In this document: positions 19,342-25,688 of the stretch, one piece after another
Layout: every line of letters starts with the position of its first letter
How positions within the stretch are numbered: position 1 is the stretch's first letter
Source of the DNA: Thermococcus sp. SY098
GTDB taxonomy: Archaea > Methanobacteriota_B > Thermococci > Thermococcales > Thermococcaceae
Length of the DNA stretch: 32,000 bases
Direction: 5' to 3'
Assembly: GCF_035621495.1 (NCBI RefSeq)
Contig: NZ_CP141821.1
Location: forward strand, 368,760-400,759
The notes under the pieces: generated by a model
Database searches by the model: none
The model's input: only the letters and a program-made list of their open reading frames with translations
Told to the model about the DNA's origin: nothing
Position numbers and translations under genes: made by a program

Positions 19342-20032
19342 TGTCGAGCAGGATTGTCCACCATACTTAAACACTACCCGAGGCATGGAGGAAGGTTTGC
19401 CAAAGATTCTTGATCTTCTTAGCGAAAAAAATGTCAGAGCAACATTCTTCTTCACTGCCGAGATGGCGAGAAAATATCCAAATCTTGCAAAAAGGATCGT
19501 TGATGAAGGACATGAACTTGCTTGTCATGGCTTTAACCACGAGCGGTTTGATAAACTGGAAAAGGATAGAGCAGATCTTATTCTTGAGAAGGCATTAAAT
19601 ATCTTAAGAGAATTTGGAGACGTTGTGTCCTTTAGAGCACCAAATCTCCAATTTCCCGACTATCTTTTTCCAGCTTTGAGTAAGAATGGAATACTCTTAG
19701 ATTCTTCAAAGGCAAGATACAAAGGGTATAAAGGCGGGGTTAAAGTGGTTGATGGTGTTTTAGAGGTTCCAGTCTCAATTACATCTTCTATATTAAGACT
19801 ACCTTGGTCAGTACAGAAGGTTATCCATAAAAAGTTAAGGGAACCCAGAATTTACTTTGCTCATCCTTGGGAATTTGTTTCAATGAAAAAGGAACGGATA
19901 AGATTTGATTGCAGGTTCAACACGGGAGATAAGGCTTTAATGTTGTTAGAAAGGTTAATTGACTATTACAAGACTCAAAACGCTAAATTTGTAATGATGC
20001 GGGAGTATTTGAATGTCTATCAGGAAATATGA
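19319..20032 (+). CDS. NodB-type polysaccharide/carbohydrate deacetylase
   Basis: LTFDVEQD (motif 1), HELACHGFNHE (H-x3-H, motif 2), SFRAPNL (RxP, motif 3). GGAGG SD. Overlaps the GT4 gene by 23 nt. Confidence 0.75.
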   Translation: MLVSLTFDVEQDCPPYLNTTRGMEEGLPKILDLLSEKNVRATFFFTAEMARKYPNLAKRIVDEGHELACHGFNHERFDKLEKDRADLILEKALNILREFGDVVSFRAPNLQFPDYLFPALSKNGILLDSSKARYKGYKGGVKVVDGVLEVPVSITSSILRLPWSVQKVIHKKLREPRIYFAHPWEFVSMKKERIRFDCRFNTGDKALMLLERLIDYYKTQNAKFVMMREYLNVYQEI

Positions 20033-20104
20033 ATTTGCCAACAGAACTCATTTAGGGGGAAAGGTTATAAAGTTAGGCTATCCTAATTCTAATCAGGTGG
20101 TTTT

Positions 20105-20548
20105 ATGGAGTATCTTGAGATTCCCCTTTTGGATGAAAATGGACAGGAAGTAAAGCTGAGGGATTTTCTTGGCAGGTGGATAGTCCTCTACGTGTATCCA
20201 AAGGACAACACCCCGGGCTGTACTATGGAGGCTAAAGAGTTCACAGAGCTTTTACCTGAATTTGAGAAGCTTGGAGTTCTTGTCATTGGAATCAGCAAAG
20301 ATTCCGTTGAGTCTCACAGAAGATTTAAAGACAGGCACAATCTTAAGGTTAAACTCCTCAGCGACCCAGAAGTTAAGTTGATAAGGAGTTTGGGGGCTTG
20401 GGGCAGAAAGATGAGGGGAGAGGGAGTATTGAGGAGTACCTTTATAATAAACCCCGAGGGAAAAATTGTGTGGGAAAAGAAGAGGGTTAAAGCTAAGGGA
20501 CACGCCGTTAAGGTTCTTGAAGTTGTTAAAGAACTGGTGAAAAAATGA
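20105..20548 (+). CDS. bcp: peroxiredoxin, Bcp type
   Basis: YPKDNTPGCTMEA peroxidatic Cys motif in a 147-aa thioredoxin fold. Confidence 0.85.
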   Translation: MEYLEIPLLDENGQEVKLRDFLGRWIVLYVYPKDNTPGCTMEAKEFTELLPEFEKLGVLVIGISKDSVESHRRFKDRHNLKVKLLSDPEVKLIRSLGAWGRKMRGEGVLRSTFIINPEGKIVWEKKRVKAKGHAVKVLEVVKELVKK

Positions 20549-20739
20549 GAATAATAACTCCCATTCCACCGGAAGAGCTTAAGATGATCCTAAAGAAATC
20601 AAACGCTGCAGTTAGATTGGAGATTAAAGAAGCTAAACCTTTTCATGGAATGCCCAGGTATGAGGTAATTATTAGCGGAAATAAAGAGGAAGTAGAGAAG
20701 TTTATGGAAAAGCTTAGGTTAGCAAGAGCTGGGGGTTAA
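20545..20739 (+). CDS. hypothetical protein (64 aa), coupled to bcp
   Basis: ATGA overlap with the bcp stop. No motif recognised. Confidence 0.45.
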   Translation: MRIITPIPPEELKMILKKSNAAVRLEIKEAKPFHGMPRYEVIISGNKEEVEKFMEKLRLARAGG

Positions 20740-20876
20740 CTTTCCTTTTTCAGGCTTCTTTTCTCCAGGTATTTCTCCAACAAAGTTCTCACAATAAATA
20801 GTGCTAAAAATAGTGCTATAATTAAAGCAACTTTTCCAAGAGAGACTCCGCCGGGAGCAGATATGGGATTATACAC
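20736..20876 (-). CDS. unannotated 46-aa single-TM mini-protein (GTG start)
   Basis: Hand translation: (M)YNPISAPGGVSLGKVALIIALFLALFIVRTLLEKYLEKRSLKKES*. GGTGAGGTGAT SD 3 nt before the GTG. Begins 23 nt after the radical-SAM stop. Its stop overlaps the stop of the convergent 64-aa ORF inside GTTAAC. Confidence 0.4.
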   Translation of the reverse strand: MYNPISAPGGVSLGKVALIIALFLALFIVRTLLEKYLEKRSLKKES

Positions 20877-20899
20877 GGTATCACCTCACCACACGTCTT

Positions 20900-21955
20900 T
20901 CATCCTATCATTGCGTTTTTCAACTCAAACTCTGCAGCAAGCTCAGTAGCCCTCTGCATCTCTTCATAGTTTAACCTTCTGGCAATTTCCGGGTATCTAT
21001 CTGCTCTGTACTCTGGTCTGTACTGAAACATCACGTTTACTCTAACTTCTTTTCCAAGATTCTCCGCTATCCACTTTAAGATAGGCTTAGTGCAACATTC
21101 CAAATGGTTCGGCATTACCAAGTGCCTTATCAAGAATTCTGCTTTATAGTGCTCCTTAGCCAGGAGAAAGTTCCTTGTCACGACTTCCCAATAGCGAGGA
21201 GCCTTTGAATATTTAATGGCATCTTCGTTGTTGCCCCACTTAAAATCGGCTAAGTATACATCGACTATCCCATCCAGAAGCCTCATTGTGATCTCACTCA
21301 TGTACATGTTTGAGTTCCAAACCACCGGAATTGGAACTTTAACGTATCTGAGGGTCTCAAGGATAAAAGGTAAATTTGGCGTTGGCTCTCCCCCAACAAA
21401 ATTAACATTTTTGGCTCCCTCTGCATATGCAACGGCAATTTTAGTCGCCATATCCTCTGGAGAATATCTTAATCCAACCCTGTACTGGCTTATATCCCAG
21501 TTCTGGCAGAATACACATCTAAAATTGCACCCAGAAAAGAATATGGTGTATGATGGAATTAATTCAGGCTCTTCCCCGATGTGCAAAAAGTCGCTTGCAA
21601 TTAATGTCTCTTTAACTCGGCAGTAGCCAATACTCTCCTTTCTGTTTACATGGCACTTAATCTCACAGAGCTCACATTTTTTAAGGATTCTGTCTGCTAT
21701 TAAAGCTTTGAGATCAAGCAAACTTTTCTCAGGGCTCTCGCTTAGATCATTTTCTCTCAGTTTTTCCATGCCTTCTTCATGGATATTCCATAGTTCTTCA
21801 AGTGAGTCATCTTTTGAAAAATCAACCTTCACCTGCTTGGCATAGAAAAAGTTAGGCTTCTCTCTGCCAGAGAGCACCTCAAAATAATGGGGCATTGCCC
21901 TCTTTGCTTTCTCAATTTCCCCTATATCTACTCTGCGGAACCACATATCCATCAT
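20900..21955 (-). CDS. radical SAM protein, PflX / PFL-activase-like
   Basis: FFSGCNFRCVFCQNW carries the CX3CX2C cluster motif. An extra N-terminal Cys cluster (CELCEIKCHVNR...GYCRV) is present. A TTTTTATAAG TATA-like box about 20 nt upstream suggests a near-leaderless transcript. Confidence 0.8.
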   Translation of the reverse strand: MMDMWFRRVDIGEIEKAKRAMPHYFEVLSGREKPNFFYAKQVKVDFSKDDSLEELWNIHEEGMEKLRENDLSESPEKSLLDLKALIADRILKKCELCEIKCHVNRKESIGYCRVKETLIASDFLHIGEEPELIPSYTIFFSGCNFRCVFCQNWDISQYRVGLRYSPEDMATKIAVAYAEGAKNVNFVGGEPTPNLPFILETLRYVKVPIPVVWNSNMYMSEITMRLLDGIVDVYLADFKWGNNEDAIKYSKAPRYWEVVTRNFLLAKEHYKAEFLIRHLVMPNHLECCTKPILKWIAENLGKEVRVNVMFQYRPEYRADRYPEIARRLNYEEMQRATELAAEFELKNAMIG

Positions 21956-21986
21956 TAAAAAATAAGCAAAAACTTATAAAAATATT

Positions 21987-22187
21987 TCAAACTTCCTCAA
22001 GCTTCTTCTTAACATCTTCAGTGTATCTCTTTGTTTCCTCTAATACATTCCTAAGGTTGCTGAGTTCAAGTTTGAGCTCACTCAGAGTTTTATTCATCTG
22101 ATAGAAGGCAAAAACGACAATGACAATGAGGATTAAACCTAAAATTATTGAAATCCATCCACTTGGTGTTCCACCATATGCAGGCAT
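21987..22187 (-). CDS. 66-aa TM + coiled-coil mini-protein
   Basis: MPAYGGTPSGWISIILGLILIVIVVFAFYQM is one TM helix, followed by a heptad-like helix (LSELKLELSNLRNVLEETKRY...). Starts 3 nt after the ArsR-type gene stop, with its SD inside that gene's end. Confidence 0.6.
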   Translation of the reverse strand: MPAYGGTPSGWISIILGLILIVIVVFAFYQMNKTLSELKLELSNLRNVLEETKRYTEDVKKKLEEV

Positions 22188-22190
22188 CCT

Positions 22191-22487
22191 TCACTCCTCC
22201 TTTAGATTTTTTATAATGTCATTATCGATTACAAACCTAAAAGGTTTTGCCCTGTAGTATTTTTTAGCCCTTGGATCACCGGGTTCAAGCCGGAGCTCAC
22301 TTTCAATGAGATTCGCTTTTTCAAGTTTTTTCAAATGGAGATACAAGAGTTGTCTTGAAATGTTAAGCTCTTTTGCAAGCTCATAAACATACCACTCCTT
22401 TTCACAGAGCATCTTGAGTATTTTGACTCTTATCGGAACACTTAATGCCTCCGCAACCACTGTCAGTTCTTGTATGCTTCCAACCAT
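22191..22487 (-). CDS. ArsR/SmtB-type winged-helix transcriptional regulator
   Basis: PIRVKILKMLCEKEWYVYELAKELNISRQLLYLHLKKLEKANLI is the ArsR-type HTH. No canonical CxC metal site in helix 3. Start is ATG 22487 or GTG 22496. Confidence 0.75.
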   Translation of the reverse strand: MVGSIQELTVVAEALSVPIRVKILKMLCEKEWYVYELAKELNISRQLLYLHLKKLEKANLIESELRLEPGDPRAKKYYRAKPFRFVIDNDIIKNLKEE

Positions 22488-22538
22488 TTTCACCACGTAA
22501 TCTAAATTATTGCATAAGCCAGAATTCCCTTACGTACT

Positions 22539-22548
22539 ATTATAAAAA
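22539..22548 (-). promoter_or_regulatory. candidate TATA box for the ArsR-type gene
   Basis: Minus-strand TTTTTATAAT about 40-50 nt upstream of the candidate starts. Confidence 0.3.
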
Positions 22549-22571
22549 GGGAAAATAAAAACTTTTCGAAA

Positions 22572-22736
22572 TTATTTTTTGGCGATTAGGTAGATCAGTG
22601 CACCAATTAGTATGAACGGCAACAGTAGGAAGGCTAACCTAAACAGCAGGAGGAATACTCCAAAGATTCCAAACCACCACCAGCCAAATCCCCACCTTCT
22701 TCTACCAAACATTGGGCCCCCAAATCCTCTGGGCAT
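22572..22736 (-). CDS. 54-aa RG/Trp-rich membrane mini-protein
   Basis: MPRGFGGPMFGRRRWGFGWWWFGIFGVFLLLFRLAFLLLPFILIGALIYLIAKK. GGTGAT-N4-ATG at 22736. The track's 73-aa version (start 22793) overlaps the upstream gene and is less likely. Confidence 0.6.
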   Translation of the reverse strand: MPRGFGGPMFGRRRWGFGWWWFGIFGVFLLLFRLAFLLLPFILIGALIYLIAKK

Positions 22737-22746
22737 TTTCATCACC

Positions 22747-23052
22747 CTACTCGGGTAGATACAACCAACCAACAATTTTATCATTATAATCAAGTGTCAC
22801 CTTAATCCCAAAGGCAGTCTGATATGCACTCCCAATGCTCAGCTCTTCAATTGAGTAATCACCGACAATTTTTCCGACATAGTGACCATAATTATCACTG
22901 AGCTTTTGGACAATGCCTCTTGATGTCTGGAACTTTTCAATCTTTATTCTTCTCAAGACATTCAATGCGTCTTCCTCAACTTCATCAACTGGAATTTCTT
23001 CAATCGGAAATTCCCCATATTCAACGAAGTGAAATATTTTAACAGCTTCCAT
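22747..23052 (-). CDS. PepSY-like small protein, no signal peptide (paralog of 26496-26960)
   Basis: The C-terminal ~64 aa (IEKFQTSRGIVQKLSDNYGHYVGKIVGDYSIEELSIGSAYQTAFGIKVTLDYNDKIVGWLYLPE) are about half identical by eye to the C-terminus of the 26496-26960 product. ATG 23052 has GGAGGATGA 7 nt upstream. Alternative ATG 23115 overlaps the upstream stop (ATGGTGA). Confidence 0.6.
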   Translation of the reverse strand: MEAVKIFHFVEYGEFPIEEIPVDEVEEDALNVLRRIKIEKFQTSRGIVQKLSDNYGHYVGKIVGDYSIEELSIGSAYQTAFGIKVTLDYNDKIVGWLYLPE

Positions 23053-23108
23053 ATTTTCATCCTCCACAGTGCTTAGCCACAAAATGGAAATATGGAAAAA
23101 GAAAGGGT

Positions 23109-23822
23109 TCACCATCTTCCTCCTCTAAATCCTCTCATACTTCTACCTCTATCATCCATTCCAGTGTTCATAGGACTCGAGATTATCTCATTATACTCAT
23201 CCTCGCTGATTACTTGGGGTTCATATGTTATACCATAATTCTGAAGCACGCTTGTGAATGCCCTTAAATGGTTCTCCGAGCCTGCCATGAGGTTTTCATA
23301 TACCTGGATTATGTCGGCATTGTCAGTCTTTGCAATCCACTCCTCCAGATCCTTGAGGTCTGTCTCCTCAATGAGTGCCCCAACCTTGAGTGCATCTTCA
23401 ATGCTTTGGCTCCCCATTGCTATAAGCTGGTCATATAAAGCCTGAAGCTCTGGGTTTGTGAATACTCCAACTTCATCTACTGCTGGATCCTCAATGCCGT
23501 ACTTTTCGAGTAAGCTTAACACTGCATCCATGTGCATCTGCTCACTGTTTGCTATGTTCCGGAATATTTGCAAACCGTACATTTCATAGAGTGTTAAATA
23601 GACATCCCTCGCCAGCTTTTCCTCTTCCCTCATCCAGAGCAGTCCATCAACCTCTTCCTGTGTGAGTGTGTCGCTTCCATAGATTGCGGCGTATGGCCTA
23701 TCCCATGTTGTGTTGCTCCCTCTATCCCATGTATCTGCCCACCATGGCATTGCTGCTACACTGCCAAATATAACACCAAACATGAGACCCAACAACCCTA
23801 AACTTAATATTTTCTTCCTCAT
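23109..23822 (-). CDS. secreted DUF2202 ferritin-like protein
   Basis: Signal peptide MRKKILSLGLLGLMFGVIFGSVAA, then LLWMREEEKLARDVYLTLYEMYGLQIFRNIANSEQMHMDAV..., the hallmark of DUF2202 (COG4902) as I recall it. Gly/Arg-rich tail RGRSMRGFRGGRW. GGAGGAGGT SD 7 nt before ATG 23822 (track start 23870 reads through the operator). Confidence 0.7.
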   Translation of the reverse strand: MRKKILSLGLLGLMFGVIFGSVAAMPWWADTWDRGSNTTWDRPYAAIYGSDTLTQEEVDGLLWMREEEKLARDVYLTLYEMYGLQIFRNIANSEQMHMDAVLSLLEKYGIEDPAVDEVGVFTNPELQALYDQLIAMGSQSIEDALKVGALIEETDLKDLEEWIAKTDNADIIQVYENLMAGSENHLRAFTSVLQNYGITYEPQVISEDEYNEIISSPMNTGMDDRGRSMRGFRGGRW

Positions 23823-23837
23823 GTTCTCGACCTCCTC

Positions 23838-23863
23838 CATATGTAACTTCATTATTACATATG
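23838..23863. promoter_or_regulatory. operator-like perfect inverted repeat, copy A
   Basis: CATATGTAA (23838-23846), 8 nt, TTACATATG (23855-23863). Begins 10 nt downstream of the TATA box and spans the expected TSS. Identical copy at 26976-27001. Confidence 0.6.
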
Positions 23864-23872
23864 TAGCCAAAC

Positions 23873-23887
23873 TTTATAAAATTTTCG
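23873..23887 (-). promoter_or_regulatory. BRE/TATA promoter of operon A
   Basis: Minus strand reads CGAAAAT-TTTATAAA (purine-rich BRE then TATA), 51 nt upstream of ATG 23822. Confidence 0.6.
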
Positions 23888-24068
23888 GTGCAAAGTAATG
23901 CCTCCAGATACAATTAGCGTTCTTGAAGATAATCGGGTTGCAATATCCTGAAAGATATACAAAAAAGCAGAACCTCTCAATCTACTTCGCTCTTTCTAAT
24001 TTTAGCAGCTTATTTAAGCATCATGATTTAATCTGCTAATAACTAAGCTGAAAAATATAAAACTGAAT

Positions 24069-25241
24069 TCAGGGCTGTTCTCTTCTTCTAACGGGCATAC
24101 GCGCTTTTCCTTTTAGGATACCTCTGCCAGCTAAATAGCAAGTTCTCAGTTCCTCCCTAAGCTTTATCATAAGCTCCTGGGCTGTGTCATAATCCCCGTT
24201 CCTTACAGCTGCTTTTATTGCCTCCATCAGTTGCAGTGCCGCTGTTACATTGACTCCTAATCTTTCCATGACCATGAGCTGAGCTTCGACTCTTATGATT
24301 TCCCTTTGTAGCTTCATCTTAATGTCGCTCATTATCATTTTTCTAATGTCCTCACCGGCAAATCTGATAACAACTTCTGCTTTGGATTTTGCGGCTATTG
24401 CAAGACCATATGCCAGTCCATACTTTCCACTGTTGTATGCATCTTTTGCATCTTCAAGTTGCTTTTCTGCTATTCTTAAGAGGGTTTTAAGGGCAGGATT
24501 TGTTGCATTCTCAGCGAGTTCTTTTGCTGTGTTCACTTTTTCCTCAGCTATTTGTATTGCCTCAAGGGCCCTCTCAGCAGTTATGTTGAGATGGAGCTCT
24601 GTGCAGTTACATTCCTGCTTTCTAAGCTGTTTCATAATGTAAAGCATTGTTTGATTCATGGTGGGGGTTCCAATTATTGTGAAGTTGCCTGCCCTGACGT
24701 GTAGCCGCTCCATAACTTTTGTAATATTCGTGGTTTGGTTCACCAGCACTATCATTGCCCTCTCACGGATTGCAAGTTGCAGTGCCTTTTCAATTCCTGC
24801 TAAATCCGTACCTGCCACGAGGATAACTTTGTTTTGTAGCTGTAGTTGAAACTTTACAGTGGCGTTTCTAATTACTGCTAAATCTGTTTCATACCTGTTC
24901 TGTCCCCACCATCTTTCAACGCTAATGCCTAAATTCTGCAGGTCTTCAACGTATTCCTCTGGAACTGCCACTGGTCCCCCAATAATAATGACCTCATCTG
25001 GGGCATAGCTGATTATCTCCGCAGTTACATTGGGATTGTAGATTCCCCAAGGAGTCTTAACTATTACAACATTCACATTTACCGTTATATTCGCAATATA
25101 ATCGGCCAATGCACAGTCCGCCTCATTATCACTCACTAAAATGACTACCATGGTTTCTGACGCATTTACAGGCGTGAATGTCAATGGGAGACCCAAGATT
25201 ATCAAGCCAAACATCACTGACAGCATTTTTTTCCACATCAT
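24069..25241 (-). CDS. secreted, sequon-rich protein with CWB2-like N-terminal modules and helical C-terminal half
   Basis: Signal peptide MMWKKMLSVMFGLIILGLPLTFTPVNA. ILVSDNEADCALADYIA...VIIIGGPVAVPEEYV...WWGQNRYETDLAV resembles cell-wall-binding-repeat-2 modules. 12 N-x-S/T sequons counted by hand. Basic tail KGKARMPVRRREQP. Own SD GGGGGTGATGGAG. Confidence 0.5.
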   Translation of the reverse strand: MMWKKMLSVMFGLIILGLPLTFTPVNASETMVVILVSDNEADCALADYIANITVNVNVVIVKTPWGIYNPNVTAEIISYAPDEVIIIGGPVAVPEEYVEDLQNLGISVERWWGQNRYETDLAVIRNATVKFQLQLQNKVILVAGTDLAGIEKALQLAIRERAMIVLVNQTTNITKVMERLHVRAGNFTIIGTPTMNQTMLYIMKQLRKQECNCTELHLNITAERALEAIQIAEEKVNTAKELAENATNPALKTLLRIAEKQLEDAKDAYNSGKYGLAYGLAIAAKSKAEVVIRFAGEDIRKMIMSDIKMKLQREIIRVEAQLMVMERLGVNVTAALQLMEAIKAAVRNGDYDTAQELMIKLREELRTCYLAGRGILKGKARMPVRRREQP

Positions 25242-25466
25242 TCTCCATCACCCCCACTATTTTTAATAAACAAGATATATTTAAGCTTTTTTCACGAAAT
25301 CGTCGCTTATTGTTTCCGTTTGTTCAATTTGAACCCAGTATTTTGTCCAATTCCCTGTTGATTGTTAAATAACGTTTGCAATCGTTTATCTATGTTTAAA
25401 ACCACATCAAAAGTCAATTTAAAGACATTAAAAGAACATTAAAGAAGTCAGAAACAGTTAAGAACT

Positions 25467-25688
25467 TCAGGCTTCTTGAAGGACTTCATTGATGTGTTTG
25501 CTCTGATCTCTTAACTGCTGTGCCACTGAATTAGTCTGCTTGATCTCTTCAAGGAGTGCATCCAGGGATCTCTTCAACATATACAGTGAAGATGCAACTA
25601 CAATGACCAAGACTACCCAAAAGCCAATTATCAAATAATCTATCCTTGTCATTTCAGGATAAAAGGAGGAAAAATATGGCCCAGGCAT
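25467..25688 (-). CDS. 73-aa TM + coiled-coil mini-protein
   Basis: IDYLIIGFWVVLVIVVASSLYML is the TM helix, followed by LKRSLDALLEEIKQTNSVAQQLRDQSKHINEVLQEA. ATG directly abuts the upstream stop (TGAATG). Same architecture as the 66-aa protein at 21987-22187. Confidence 0.6.
   Translation of the reverse strand: MPGPYFSSFYPEMTRIDYLIIGFWVVLVIVVASSLYMLKRSLDALLEEIKQTNSVAQQLRDQSKHINEVLQEA

Larger units (their letters stand above)
23791..23895. repeat. ~105-nt promoter/operator/5'UTR/signal-peptide cassette, copy A
   Basis: Hand alignment to 26929-27033 gives 89/105 identical with no gaps. The 60-nt core covering operator and TATA has 3 mismatches. Confidence 0.85.

Noticed and set aside
22511-22536. 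Imperfect palindrome centred on GAATTC between the TATA and start of the ArsR-type gene
   Set aside because: Only about 7 of 13 positions pair, which is not distinguishable from chance, so it is not called as an autoregulatory site.
22565-22574. 10-mer TTCGAAATTA shared with 27049-27058, both near promoters of the 22-27 kb locus
   Set aside because: Exact 10-mer coincidences are expected many times by chance in 64 kb of two-strand AT-rich sequence, and there is no extended similarity around them.
23823-23870. Track N-terminal extensions MATYVIMKLHMEEVEN (and MKLHMERRFN at 26961-26990)
   Set aside because: They read through the operator palindrome, the SD and the region expected to contain the TSS. 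The downstream ATG gives a canonical signal peptide beginning MRKKIL in both genes.
23900-24068. Possible sRNA in the 200-nt spacer (ATGATGC on the minus strand)
   Set aside because: There is no matching D/D' CTGA boxes at 12-nt spacing and no terminal stem. It is most simply the 3' region of one gene plus AT-rich spacer.
25322-25334. 13-nt palindrome GTTCAA-T-TTGAAC upstream of the 390-aa gene
   Set aside because: It is short, isolated, not repeated elsewhere in the window, and not positioned relative to a recognisable TATA.
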